Of a stretch of 64,000 nucleotides of DNA, positions 13,743 through 27,034 are shown in pieces. Position numbers and translations under genes: made by a program. The notes beneath the pieces are model-generated. The model did no database searches and was not told the origin of the DNA. It saw only the letters and a program-made list of their open reading frames with translations. Within the stretch, counting starts at the first letter, position 1, and each line of letters opens with the position of its first letter. The DNA is taken from positions 34,348,001-34,412,000 of the forward strand of contig NW_025963813.1 of the NCBI RefSeq assembly GCF_023055435.1, written 5' to 3'. Source of the DNA: Haliotis rufescens. Taxonomy: Eukaryota.

Positions 13743-14789
13743 GTATACGACACCCTAAACTTATCAATTTCTTATTGGTTCAAACTAACAGGAGATTATC
13801 AAAGGTTCATACAGTTTGTGTACAGAATCTACGTATGATATCATATTGAACATTGATAAATATCCATAGTGAAATTAATTGTGTGAAAAAATGTATAACA
13901 GATATGCAAAATCAGCATCATAATTGAAACTATCCAAAGCAGGATACAATGATCTTGTGTACTTTCATTCAAGGACCGGTGACCGACGTTTACGAAATAA
14001 CGTGTTCACTGACAACAGTATGCGGGATTTTACGAGAGGACTTTCGTTGATTAAGGGATCGTATATACATACATGTGACCTGTAAGTAATCAGAAACATT
14101 CAGACAATCAGTGTACTGTTATTTGTTGTTATATGTTTCATTGACACCAAGAGAAATAGTCAGAAATTCCGATAAATACCGTTGTCGTTGTGCGTGATTC
14201 TGCGTCAGTCATGGTGTCACGCAGGACGGAATCTTTAACGAATTCTGCTGAATTTATCAAATCATTGCTATGTATCTATTTTCAATTCCCTAATTCTTTC
14301 TACAGTTCTCTTCACATGCATATTCTGAAGACGTTGAGCCAATGCAAATAGACATATGGATAGATTAAAATAGGGCAAAATGCTACGTGTAAAATCTGAA
14401 TTTCGCTTTGTTTACATTTCAAACAAGTGCAGTTTTCCGAGCACAACGTTCGTTTTCACACCTAATATATTTTGCTTGATTTCATGTAGACATTTTATAT
14501 TGGTGACAAAGACCATTTGTCATTTGATTCTAAAATGTATGAGGAGTTCATGGATGAAGGTATCGATGCTGAGTTTTAAATATAAGTGATGTGATTGCAT
14601 GGCGTCTCATAACCGGTATGAGTGAAACACTATCCAATATGGTTGAAAGTTCAGTTCGGCTATTTTTTAAATTCATTTTTCTGAGTAAATATCCGAAATT
14701 TTGATTTCAAAACATGCTGTAAATAACGCCTTGAATGGTGATTTGGTAATGTGTAAAAAATTGCGACATTTACGATGTACTTAATTTTC

Positions 14790-15715
14790 AGGTCATTTTC
14801 AGTAATTTTGCTTTGCCTAAAATGACAGTGGATGATATCTTAGAACAGGGAATTAAAGTCTCTATAGTCAAGTTGCAGAAAATATTTTGAGGGTTTTTTA
14901 CCTTGTTCTATTCATTTGGCCTTTGATCTCATAAACGAGCCTTCAGTTCTTACACTATGCAAATTTTCCAATTCTAGTTTAGCTGAATTTAATTGGTCCA
15001 TTAATTTTCCCTCTCTGTATTTTGTTCTCCTAACTTATTTTCAAGCCGATTTAAATCTTGTTCTAATCTAAATTCCAAAGCTATGTTTTCTTTTTTACGT
15101 GTTGATGGGAATAATCCTCTAATATTTAAAAGTATCATTTCCCAAAGTGGTTGGTCATCAATTGTAAATACTCTCTCGCTTGTAGCTGTCTTGTCTTCAT
15201 ATTGATCTAGAGTATCATTAATAATTGTTTTTTTTAACCATTGCAACAAAGTGTTTATCTTTCAAAAATGAGTTATTAAATTTCCAAAAGCCTGTTCCCC
15301 TTTGTATATCAGAGAGTGAGATAGAATAGAATGGTCAGAATTTATACCAGGTATTATATCGCTGTCTTTAACTAAATGTAGCACATTGTGTGAGACTAAA
15401 ACATAATCCAAACGAGCTTGCTTTATTGGTGTGGGTTGTCGCCAGGTGTATCTTCATGCAGATGGATATAATTCTTTCCATGGGTCTTTAAGATCTAAAC
15501 TATCAATTGTCTCCAAAAGTTCCTTTCTTGCTTTGGGGTGGTTAATATGTTTATAATTACAAGTGTCTTTATCTTGATCGATTATTATGTTCCAATCACC
15601 ACATGTAATGATTCTTTCTCCTGTTAATTCTACAGCTAGTTCCTTTATTTTTAAATGATTTCTGGTTTGTCCGAAATTGGTCCATATAAGTTAATTATCA
15701 TCAATACTAACATCT
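14790..15715 (-). mobile_element. L1/Tx1-type LINE ORF2 apurinic endonuclease fragment (pseudogenised)
   Basis: Minus strand reads NLYGPISDKP...IITCGDWNIII...DLKDPWKELYP...YTWRQPTPIKQARLDYVLVS...NSDHSIL. These are the canonical APE motifs GDxN, YTW, RLDY and SDH. Confidence 0.85.
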
Positions 15716-15724
15716 AATGCCGCT

Positions 15725-16480
15725 TATAGCCCCGTAAACTGAAACGGACACAGTTTTTAGCTGTACACACGTTTTCTTCCGGTGGTTCAGTTAGAAATTA
15801 CCCAGTAATACAACTTTTGAATTTTGATGCAGTGATCGGCAGAATTGTATCTGAAACTATTATTTTATCAGGATTAATATATTCCAGCACTTTAATAGGC
15901 TGAGCGCTATTGTCGGATATTTTTACGTATGGAAGAATTTCACCAGTCACCGTCGAGGATCCCGCCCTTCTGTACGAACACTTTATGTTGACATATTATA
16001 GTCAAACTACAACAAATATGACTTTGAACGAGTAAAAGTATGATATTAATATCCATTCTCTGTCAAACAAAGTTCGTTTCAAGGCGTCATGATCAATAGC
16101 GGGTAATCTGACCATGGTTGCTGTAAATAACGGCCAGTTGTGCGATCTATCGATCACTTCACAAACGTTTTCGTCGAAATTAATGTCAACAAAAATGAAA
16201 GAAATTTTGAATTCAGTTAATGAAATAGGTTACAAACATAAGTCCAGATATACAGTAAACAACTTTTAAACCAGATTGTAATTACATAATGAATTTGCGT
16301 ACTTCAGTACGGCTTTCTTTACATGGTGTTTCCACTGTTAGTGCTCACAGTAATGTCTTTGCATTTGGAAAAAAAACTTCACAAATTATGATGGCGTGTA
16401 TTTTATATTGCGCACCCCTCCCTAAGACAGCTGTGATTTCTTTACAAAGTGTACAAAGTTAGAAACGAAGTGCAGTGTGC
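15725..16480 (+). mobile_element. Internal fragment of the same non-autonomous DNA element as 29074-30186
   Basis: Long colinear similarity to 29370-30160, for example CCAGTCACCGTC..., ATCCATTCTCTGTCAA and GTCCAGATATACA. Confidence 0.75.
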
Positions 16481-16929
16481 AACGTAATTTCTAACCTAAA
16501 GTATGTTTTATCCCTCGCACGTTCTTAGAAATAATAACGATGCACACGTAAATCAGATCATTAATAGACGACATACTTGGCAACTGTCTGTTAAACAAAT
16601 AAACAGAAGCTTAAAAAGGAGGGTAATTATATTTATTATTTCTGATGCAAACGAATTTGTGAAGATGACTGGATGGCAGGGACTATGAATTATTTCGTAC
16701 TGCCTGTCTCAAACATCCTCAATTATCAGATGCAAATTATTGACTGGTGGTTGGATTGAACAATAAGTTCAGAAATTACAAATTAAACTTTCAAGGGAAA
16801 AGCAGGAATATGTTCAATGCTGTGAACATGAACAAGTTATGAATTAACTTAAGTCAGCAAAATATCATGCAATATCACTGAATATATTCGTGAATTTTTA
16901 CTTTATAAAAGTTAATTGCAGAAAATGTG

Positions 16930-19030
16930 TTGGTCTCTCATGTTTCAGCTCATGTTGTGAAGCACCACTTCATATGAGTTGGTCTCTAATGTTTCAGCTC
17001 CAGTTACATGTAGGACGTACCACTTTATATAATGAGTTGGTCTCTAATGTTTCAGCTCCTGTTGTGACGCGCCACTTCAAACATTGAGCTGGTCACCAAT
17101 GCTTCAGCGCCAATTATGACGCACCACTTCATATAGATAGATATGTCCTGTCGCAATGCGTTGCCCTCTAATATTTTAGCTCCAGTTGAGATGCGCCCAC
17201 CTCCTAGTTTAATATGATGCTCTCTAATATTTCAGATCCATTTGAGATGCCACAGATCCAATTATTAGTATTAGGTGTTGGTCGTTTAATGTTTGAGCAA
17301 TACTTAGCAGATTATTTTTCCTGATAGTATCAGTTTTTCAATATTGTGGTTTAAACCCGGCGTTACATTAACTCCATATAGTTTCTATAGTCACCGTGAC
17401 TTTGACTGAATGTAAACGCGTCCTTCTACAATTGTAGGTTATACCCAGACGACCAAGGTGCCTGGACATGGGTTACACACTGCAACTGTCCGTGGTCACG
17501 TGGGCTCCATTCTGAGAAAGCCATGTTATGCTGGACTTTCTCTGTGAAGAATGTGGTCAGTAGATATAGGGGTGTATTTTGCTGGTCCGAATGTTCCGAG
17601 TAGTGGGGAAAGTATAACCTTCCGCATTCATGGTGAAGTGTAAGAATGAGTTGCGGGTGCTGTCCACACCCAATGATACCCCAGTTACCGTAGAAAGGCA
17701 GTTGTTGTGTCAGCTGAGGTCGTCTGGAAGTCTGATCCTTTTGCACTTATATTGAGAGTTATTAAAAAACTCTAAGCTTTTGAATAAAATTAAGCGATAC
17801 ACTGTCTCTGTTTGACCATTTACTTAGCACAATAGTCAGAACAAAGATTTCGAGTTATGGGCCTGTTGTGCGAATCCGTTCCGGCAATTAAATTTTGTCG
17901 AGATGTATGACGATCTGTTATTCACTACCAAAGGATCATTGCAAAAACAAAATCAAGACATATTGAAATGTGCCATCTCCTATACTGATGATTTAGTCTT
18001 TTATTGTTTCAGATCATATTTGAGACGCGCCACTTCCTGTTATAATGGGACGTTGGGACGCGGCACTTCTAAAGGAGTTAGTCTTTTAATTTTAATGTTT
18101 CAGATGACGTTGAGACACGCCATGCCAGTTAAGATGTGCAAAATCCTATTTTAATGAATTGGTCTTTCAATGTTTCAGATCCATTTGAGACGTACCACTT
18201 TCTATTTGATTGGCCTGTTAAGGTTTGGCTCAGTTGAGACCCGCCATCTCCTGTTGTTATCAGTTGGTGTTTTAATATTTTAGATACCGTTAAGACACGC
18301 CACTTCTGTAAGGAGTTAGTTTTTTAATGTTTCAGATCTCGTTGAGACGCGCCACTTTCTGGTATGATCAGTTGGTGTGTAGCGTTTTAAGCTCCAGGTG
18401 AGACGCGCCACTTCAATAATTAGATAGTCTTTCAATGTTTAAGATCTCTATCAATGGGTCTCTTTTGTTTCAGCTCCAGCTGAGAGGCACATTTTATAAT
18501 GATCTATTTGGTAACTTGTTTGATAGGCATTACTTAGAAGTTGACGGATGACAAGATAGACACAATTTTTGATGGATAACAACTTCTTTAATACTGTGAA
18601 AAGCGACGTTTCGGTATAGATCCTTATACCGTTGTCAAGCAAGGACTTGACAACGGTATAAGATCTATACCGAAACGTCGCTTTTCACAGTATTAAAGAA
18701 GTTTTTATCCATAAAAAATGTGTCTATCCTGATCTATTTGGTGTAGAATGGTTTAGCTCCAATTGAGTCCAGCCAACTTTCATAATGAGTTTGTCTTTAA
18801 GCGTCAGTTGAGACGCGCCATTTCCTACTCTGATAAGTTGATCTTTCAGCTCCAGTTGAGCCACGCCACTTTCTGTTCAAATGAGTTGGTCTCTAATCTC
18901 CAGTTGAGATGAGCTACTTCCTATAAGGAGTTATTCTTGCAAAGTTTCAGTTCCAGCTGAGACGCGCCACTTCACCAGTATGAGTTGGTCTTTTAATGTT
19001 TCAGTTCCAATTGTGACAAACCACTTCTCA
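16930..19030. repeat. Degenerate tandem repeat array, unit about 55-60 bp, interrupted
   Basis: Recurrent unit TGAGTTGGTCTCTAATGTTTCAGCTCCAGTTGAGACGCGCCACTTC at 16930-17290 and 17960-19030. Confidence 0.75.
18519..18730. mobile_element. Palindromic (tail-to-tail) Penelope-like terminal repeat fragment
   Basis: Inverted arms of about 85 bp centred on 18640-18645, containing CGACGTTTCG/CGAAACGTCG. A second, similar palindrome lies at 46803-47095. Confidence 0.55.
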
Positions 19031-20254
19031 TTGTAATGGTCTTACCTCCTGTATTCATGGTCAAGTGAAAGAATGAGTTGCAGGTGTTCCAAATGATGGA
19101 GGGTGCCAACCCACCACATCTAGGCAGCCAGCATACCACTTAATTTCCCTTGGGATCCAATTCAAGAACTCTTAAGTGTTATCAATGTGTACAGCTGGTA
19201 CAAGTAAATCAGATTTTCATACAGAAGGCATGACCATGCGAGCGTACAAGCTAAGGGCTATATCTTTTATATATTTTGGTCACTCTTTGCATTCATAACA
19301 ATATTACAAAAATTCCACCCAGTACATTATGGCATCCGCGTACCAGATAAACTGCACTGCGACATCCAGTGTACAAATAGAGGTTTGGTACCCTCATGAC
19401 ACCCCAGTTACTCAAGGACCCGTGAAGATTCCGGGGTAGAATAGGTCTTCAGCAACCCATACTTGCCGTAAAAGGCGAATATGCTTGTCGTAAAAGGCGA
19501 CTAACGGGATCGGGTGGTCAGGTTCGCTGACTTGGTTGATACATGTCATCGATCCCAATTGCATGGATCGATGCTCATAAAATTAATCACTGGATTGTCT
19601 GGTGAAGACTCGATTATTTACAGACCGCCGTCATATAGCTGGAATATTGCTGAGTGCGGCGTTAAACAACAAACCAACCAACCAGTTACTCAAGCTTCTT
19701 CCAAACGCGTGACACCGTCGTCACACTCTCGATAATATCGCTGCCACCAGTGTGGGCGCGGCTACTCGAAGAATCTTGAAATTTGCCCTCTAACCCCAAA
19801 TGTAGTTACGTTCATCCTTTTGTTTGTGTCTTTGGGAAGGCCATCATAGTTTGTTTTGAAAGGTTTGTTATTGACCATGTTTTCCAGATGAATTTGCTTT
19901 GTTGTTTGTATAATCAAATTTGTTCGAGATTGCAGACTAACGGAAAATCAACCAACTTCTCCCTTACATTCTTAATATATCGGGGCGGTCGGGAAGCCTA
20001 GTGGTTAAAGCGTTCGCTCGTCACGCCGAAGACCCGGGTTCGATTCCCGACATGGGTACAATGTGTGAAGCTCATTTCTGGTGTCCCCGTAAAATCATAC
20101 CCACTCACTCTTACTATATCAATTACATGATAGTTTTAATGAAATAGGAATTCAAATTGACAAACAAAGAACGTAATTTAGCAGCGGTAAGTGTATAGGG
20201 CGTCACGACAGTCGCCACTTGTTTGTAAACATAACGGTCATTCGGTTGCGAGTT

Positions 20255-21475
20255 CACCCCAAGCATGGTTGTGGTCATCTATCACTGTTGGGAGTTTTGA
20301 TAATAAGACGATATAACAATATCTTATAATCGATAAGTATCAAAGACTCTATAAAAGCCTGAGACTGTATATGGTGAAAAAACATTCTCTATGGATCAGT
20401 GACACGACTATGTGTATATGAAACATCACATAGGAATCTTGGTGAAACAAATGAAAGGTATTTCCTTTGTATTATTACAAAGTAGTCGTCACTTCCCCAA
20501 ACCATCCATGTGTAATCAGCAATGTGGTCGTCTTTGAGCGAGTTAATAGTGCTGACACGTAAAGTATCATCATCCATGCGCATCTTGCATTCACCCCAAG
20601 CATGGTTGTGGTCATCTATCACTGTTGGGAGTTTTGATAATAAGACGATATAACAATATCTTATAATCGGTAAGTATCAAAGACTCTATAAAAGCCTGAG
20701 ACTGATATTGTACTGATATTGTACTGATATTGTACAGATTTCCACGAAGAAGGCCATAACAGAACTGAGGTAGCATTGTAAAGATTGCTTCTACTTAATT
20801 CAAGTCTATACAAAATGAAAATAATAGGAAATCATAAATAGTAAAAGGCACATCTCCACTATATGGTGAATATGTTTACCAAGTTTCACAGACCCTTGAA
20901 CATCCGGGGTAGAATAGTTCTTTAGCAACCCATGCTTGTCGTAAAAGGCGACTATGCTTGTAGTTAGAGGCGACTAACGGGATCGGGTGGTCAGGCTCGC
21001 TGACTTGGTTGAAGCATGTCATCGAACCCAATTGCGTGGATCGATGCTCATGATATCAATCACTGTATTGTCTCGTCCAGACTCGATTATTTACAAACCG
21101 CCGTCATATAGCTGGAATATTGCTGAGTGCAGCGTTAAACAACAAACAAACAAACCAAATCGTAATGCTCAAGCCCCAGGAGTGCACGAGTGCAATGCGT
21201 GAAACTACATGGTCTTCACGTCGTGATTTGTCTAAATGACAGCGAAACGCGGCGTAAAAACATTCTCTATGGATCAGTGACACGACTATGTGTATATGAA
21301 ACATCACATAGGAATCTTGGTGAAACAAATGAAAGGTATTTCCTTTGTATTATTACAAAGTAGTCGTCACTTCCCCAAACCATCCATGTGTAATCAGCAA
21401 TGTGGTCGTCTTCGAGCGAGTTAATAGTGCTGACACGTAAAGTATCATCATCCATGCGCACCTTGCATTCATCCC
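20255..21475. repeat. Local near-identical duplications
   Basis: 20255-20366 is repeated at about 20590-20705, and about 20380-20597 is repeated at about 21258-21475 (ORF track shows near-identical peptides at 20389-20622 and 21267-21485). Confidence 0.85.
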
Positions 21476-23514
21476 AACGATACACGGGTTCTTGGAATTT
21501 AAGTCATGTCCACTGGAGTTGCGTCAGGTTCAAAGTTAATTGGTAAAATATATGCTCATGGTAATTAAAACGGACGAAGGCCCAGGTTCGATTCCCAACA
21601 TCAGCACGTGGGTACATTGCGCCAATTGTTGGTGCCCCTCGCAGTGATATTGCTGGAATATTGATGGAAACTGCTTAAAACACCATAAAGCATTTACTCA
21701 AATGAGAGTCTGTTCAACTATACGTTCCGTAATTCACCATTATCAATTCTGGATAATGGGCGTGGCAGGCGTGTTCAACACTGACATCGTGTCGAACAAT
21801 TAAAGCAAGGAAATCTGCCGTACTCATGGCAGTACTATTCTCCTAATGAAATGACTATAGGAGAGTAACATAGATTTTACTTATTGCAACAGTTATATTC
21901 GTTACAGTGTATGATTCAGTTTCCTCAGTGACTAGGATCTAAAATGAGTATGGTTTTACGTCGCTTTTAACAATATTCCAGCAATATCACGGCGGGGGAC
22001 ACCAGAAATGGGCTTCAAACATTGTACCCATGTCGGGAATCGAACCCGGGTCTTCGGCGTGACGAGCGAACGCTTTAACAACTAAGCTACCCGACCGCCC
22101 CGTCTAGGATATAAAGACTGACAAGAACATGAAACTTATTTTCAGATTGTGAACTTTGTAAATTGATTAACTCCTTGTGTTTGTTTTCTTACCGTTTTCA
22201 TGGAATAAGGGGTGGTCCACGCACTGGGAATCGTTGTCTTGGTGTCTTTTTGGGCCAGTTGTTGCACCCTTTGTGCGTAGGAATGGTATTACATTCCCAT
22301 GTGTCACTGGATTCTGATGGGAATGTCAACGCAAAGGTACTGCTTTCGCCTACGTAATGACCGGATCTGAACTTCATTGGACATGATTCTGTTAGATTTA
22401 GATAAACATGCATGAGTCATCCTCCTGCAGACCCGTGAAGTTCCGGGATAGAATACGTCTTCAGCAACCCATGATTGCTGTAAAAGGCGACTATGTCGTA
22501 AGAAGCGACTAACGGGATCGGGCAGTCAGGCTCGCTAACTTGGTTGATGCGTGTCATCGATCCCAATTGCGTGGATTGATGCTCTTGATGTCTTCAATCA
22601 CTGGATTGTCTGGTCCAGACTCGATTATTTACCGACCGCCGTCAATATAGCTTGGATATTGCTGCGTGCGGCGTTAAACAAACAAACAAACAAACAAAAA
22701 CATTCCCCTGCAACTCGCCACAAACTGGGCAAACTTTCTGCAAGGTGACTAGTACCCACGATGTTCGACAGTTGTCTGGGTGTCATCATTGTTGTTCAAC
22801 ATACATCTCACGACCACTGAAATTCAGTTCAATTAATGCGATCCTTTATTTAGTTATTTTTTGTGGCTGGATGTGTGATTTGTAGGTTCATTTACTTCTA
22901 CAAGAGTATGGGCTACAAGCCAGTTATCGCGTGTTGAAATCCTAGATTCGCCCTTGGCTACCAACATCATATCCTTGTTCTTTGGTATAAGTTTCCAATG
23001 ATCCTGTTAATGGCAAGACGATATTTCGTGCCAAAGTATGTTGCACTTATCTGTAAGGTATCACTCCTACATATACACGTGAGATTTCACTGATATGAGC
23101 ATAGGGAAGTTAATTTGGAGTCAGGAGATGTCACAGAATTCGAACGTTTGATCCTGCATGGTGAGTATGTGTAGGTTATTACCAAACATCGCTATTGTGT
23201 GTGTCATGATATAACATAATATTATCTATTCTGTACGTAATTACATAGCCCAGCTATTAAGTAAGTAATTATCAAACACAGCTACTGTGTGGGTCATAAT
23301 ATGACATATCTCTTGTGCAGGTAATTACTAGTATATAACCCAGCTACTGTGTAAGTAATTATCCAAAACAGCTAATGTGTGGGTCATGATATAACATATC
23401 TATTTTGCAGGTAATTATAATTCACAGAAACTGTGAATGAAATTATCAAACTCAGCTTATAATTCACAGCCACTGTGTATATTATGATATGTATGTCTAT
23501 TATCTATATTTGAC

Positions 23515-25583
23515 CTACACAGTACCCGTGATATTTAATGACATACACAGTCCCCGTCATGTATAATGATATACCCAGTAGCCGTCATGTACAATGGCAT
23601 ACACAGAAGCCGTTATGTATAATGACATACACAGTCCCCGTCAGGTATAATGACATACACAGTAGCCCTCAGTCATAATGACATACACAGTAGCCGTCAT
23701 GTACAATGGCATACACAGAAGCCGTCGTGTATTACGACATACACAGTCCCTGTCAGGTATAATGACATACACAGTAGCCGTCATGTACAATGGCATACAC
23801 AGAAGCCGTCATGTATAATGACATACACAGTCCCCGTCAGGTATAATGACATACACAGTAGCCGTCATGTACAACGGCATACACAGAAGCCGCCGTGTAT
23901 TATGGCATACACAGTCCCCGTCATGTATAATGACATACACAGTAGCCGTCATGTACAATGGCATACACAGAAGCCGTCATGTATAATGACATACACAATC
24001 CCCGTCAGGTATAATGACATACACAGTAGCCGTCATGTACAATGGCATACACAGAAGCCGTCATGTATAATGACATACACAGTCCCCGACAGGTATAATG
24101 ACATACACAGTAGCCGTCATGTACAATGACATACACAGAAGCCGTCGTGTATTATGACATACACAGTCCCCGACAGGTATAATGACATACACAGTAGCCG
24201 TCATGTACAATGACATACACAGAAGCCGTCGTGTATTATGACATACACAGTCCCCGTCGGGTATAATGACATACACAGTAGCCGTCATGTATAATGACAT
24301 ACACAGTAGCCGTCATGTATAATGGCATACACAGAAGCCGTTATGTATAATGACATACACAGGCCCTGTGAGGTATAATGACATACACAGTCCCCGTCAT
24401 GTATAATGACATACACGGTAGCCGTCATGTGCAATGGCATACACAGATGCCGTTATGTATAATGACATACACAGTCCCTGTCATGTATAATGACATACAC
24501 AGTCCCCGTCATGTATAATGACATACACAGAAGCCGTCGTGTATTATGACATACACAGTCCCCGTCATGTATAATGACATACACAGTAGCCGTCATGTAC
24601 AATGGCATACACAGAAGCCGTCGTGTATTATGACATACACAGTCCCCGTCGGGTATAATGACATACACAGTAGCTGTCAGGTATAATGACATAAACAGTA
24701 GCCGTCATGTATAATGACATACACAGTCCCTGTGAGGTATAATGACATACACAATCCCCGTCATGTATAATGACATACACAGTTGCCGTCATGTACAATG
24801 GCATATACAGAAGCCGTTATGTATAATGACATACACAGTCCCTGTCATGTATAATGACAAACACAGTCCCCGTCATGTATAATGACATACAAAGTCCCCG
24901 TCATGTATAATGATATACCCAGTAGCCGTCATGTACAATGGCATACACAGAAGCCGTTATGTATAATGACATACAAAGTCCCCGTCAGGTATAATGACAT
25001 ACACAGTAGCCGTCATGTATAATGACATACACAGTCCCCGTCAGGTATAATGGCATACACAGAAGCCGTCGTGTATTATGACATACACAGTCCCCGTCAT
25101 GTATAATGACAAACACAGTAACCGTCATGTATAATGGCATACACAGAAGCCGTCGTGTATTATGACATCCGCAGAAGCCGTCATGTTTAATGACATATAC
25201 AGTAGCCGTCATGTATAATGACATACACAGTAGCCGTCATGTATAATGACATACACAGTCCCCGTCAGGTATAATGACATACACAGAAGCCGTCATGTAC
25301 AATAGCATACACGGAAGCCGTCGTGTAAAATGACATATACAGTCCCCATCATGTATAATGACATAAACAGTAGCCGTCATGTATAATGACATACACAGTC
25401 CCCGTCATGTATAATGACATACACAGTACCCGTCATGTACAATGGCATACACAGAAGCCGTCATGTATAATGACATACACAGTAGCCGTCATGTATAATG
25501 ACATACACAGTAGCCGTCACGTATAATGACATACACAGTACCCGTCATGTATAATGACATACTCAGTAGCCGTCATGTATGAT
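23515..25583. repeat. 28-bp minisatellite with 84-bp higher-order structure
   Basis: Unit GTATAATGACATACACAGTAGCCGTCAT with TCCCC/TAGCC/AAGCC variants cycling in threes. This yields the 28-aa periodic pseudo-ORF at 23650-24129. Confidence 0.95.
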
Positions 25584-25584
25584 G

Positions 25585-25750
25585 GGGGGCGGTCGGGTAG
25601 CCTAGTGGTTAAAGCGTTCGCTCGTCACGCCGAAGACCCGGGTTCGAATCCCGACATGGGTACAATGTTTGAAGCCCATTTCTGGTGTCCCCCGCCGTGA
25701 TATTGCTGGAATATTGCTAAAAGCGGCGTAAAACCATACTCACTCACTCA
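25585..25750 (+). mobile_element. SINE family A inserted at the end of the minisatellite
   Basis: Intact A/B boxes. Target-site duplication TCATGTATGATGG on both sides. Confidence 0.9.
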
Positions 25751-26066
25751 TGTATGATGGCATACAACAGAAGTTGTGATATATATCTGCCTATGTGGGA
25801 AACTGTCGGGGATGTAACTGTCATGGATAGATATAATAACTGAACACATTATGGACCGATCACAGAATAAAGATATCTCTCGCGGGACATGCTGGGCCCT
25901 CTGAAGTAAATGTGTTGCTGGTCAAACCAGAGCCTTAAACAAAACTCTCAGACTCATCCTATCATTTTCGTCCGACATTTACCACCGACTTATAATACGT
26001 GAATACGTTGACGTATATGCGCACATTTGCTTATATCTTCCAGGTGACTGGTTTGGTGTCAACGCG

Positions 26067-27034
26067 ATGGTTATTTTGAAGATGTGTCAATCAAACTGTT
26101 TCCATGAATTAAGTCGGTTTCAAATGTCATGGCTTGTCTGGGTTCCGCTGATCCTCGTTTTCTCTCTGGCGCTGTACTGCAGTGACACCATCACCATCAA
26201 CACTCACCACATGTACAACCTCAACATCATCACTTTCCTTGGGCCCGCACGGGAACGGCGGCTGCCTCAGTGTATTATAATTGGCGTGCAGAAGTGTGGA
26301 ACAAAGGCTCTGCTTGGGTATTTAGATCTTCATCCACACGTGGAAACGTCTGAACGTGAAGATCATTTTTTGACGACGACAGCAACTATGGACGAGGCAT
26401 TGAGTGGTATCTCAGCACAATGCCGAGATCACGTGCCAACCAATACACAGTGGAGAAAAGCCCCCGATATTTCATTGACCATAGGGTGCCTGAAAAAGTT
26501 AAAAGTTTAAACACTTCAATCAAACTCCTGGTAATATTACGAAATCCAATGACTCGACTGGTATCGGATTATTTACAGTCACACTATAAAAGAGTCAAAC
26601 GCAACAAGACCCATGTTGATTTTGAAACGTTCGTTCTAGACCCCTTAACACGTGAGATTAATGTTCAATTACAGGCCGTGCAAGTCAGCATTTATCATCA
26701 GTTCTTTTCGAGATGGTTCTTCGTATTTCCCAGGAACCAAATTCATATTGTGGACGGTGAAAACCTAATCATCGACCCTGTAGCTGAAATTTCCCCGATT
26801 GAACATTTCCTCGGCATTGAGCATCGGATAACCTCCAACATGTTATATTTCAATACGAGTCGTGGATTTTACTGCATGAGAATTAATGTAACGAATGAGA
26901 AGTGCCTTGGTGCTTCTAAAGGAAGAAAACATCCAGAGTTCAAGAAGTCTCTGATGAAAATACTTGACGACTTTTTCAGGCCCCACAATGTAAAACTTTT
27001 CCAAATGTTAAATAGACGATTTAATTGGAGTTAA
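26067..27034 (+). CDS. HS3ST: Heparan sulfate glucosamine 3-O-sulfotransferase (HS3ST family), single coding exon, one-base frameshift at 26366-26371
   Basis: Type II membrane anchor (WLVWVPLILVFSLALYC), 5'-PSB motif RRLPQCIIIGVQKCGTKALL, E.HFFD, EKSPRYF, 3'-PB motif RNPMTRLVSDY, F.R.QIHIVDGE.LI.DP and C-terminal CLGASKGRKHP. Adding one T to the T6 run joins the two ORFs into about 322 aa. A splice acceptor TCTTCCAG ends at 26043, just upstream of the ATG. Confidence 0.9.

Noticed and set aside
19514-19735. Recurring ORFs of the type MVRLADLVD...PPSYSWNIAECGVKQQ
   Set aside because: Chance translations of SINE family B copies.
20389-23160. Minus-strand coding-looking fragments (MDDDTLRVSTINS..., CPMKFRSGHY..., TLQKVCPVCGE)
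   Set aside because: Stop-ridden, SINE-interrupted and with no recognisable motif. They may be a decayed transposon, but I cannot assign them.
23650-25224. Repetitive ORFs (159 aa and 79 aa) and a CRISPR-like periodic look
   Set aside because: These are translations of a 28-bp tandem minisatellite. There are no unique spacers and no cas genes, and the context is eukaryotic.
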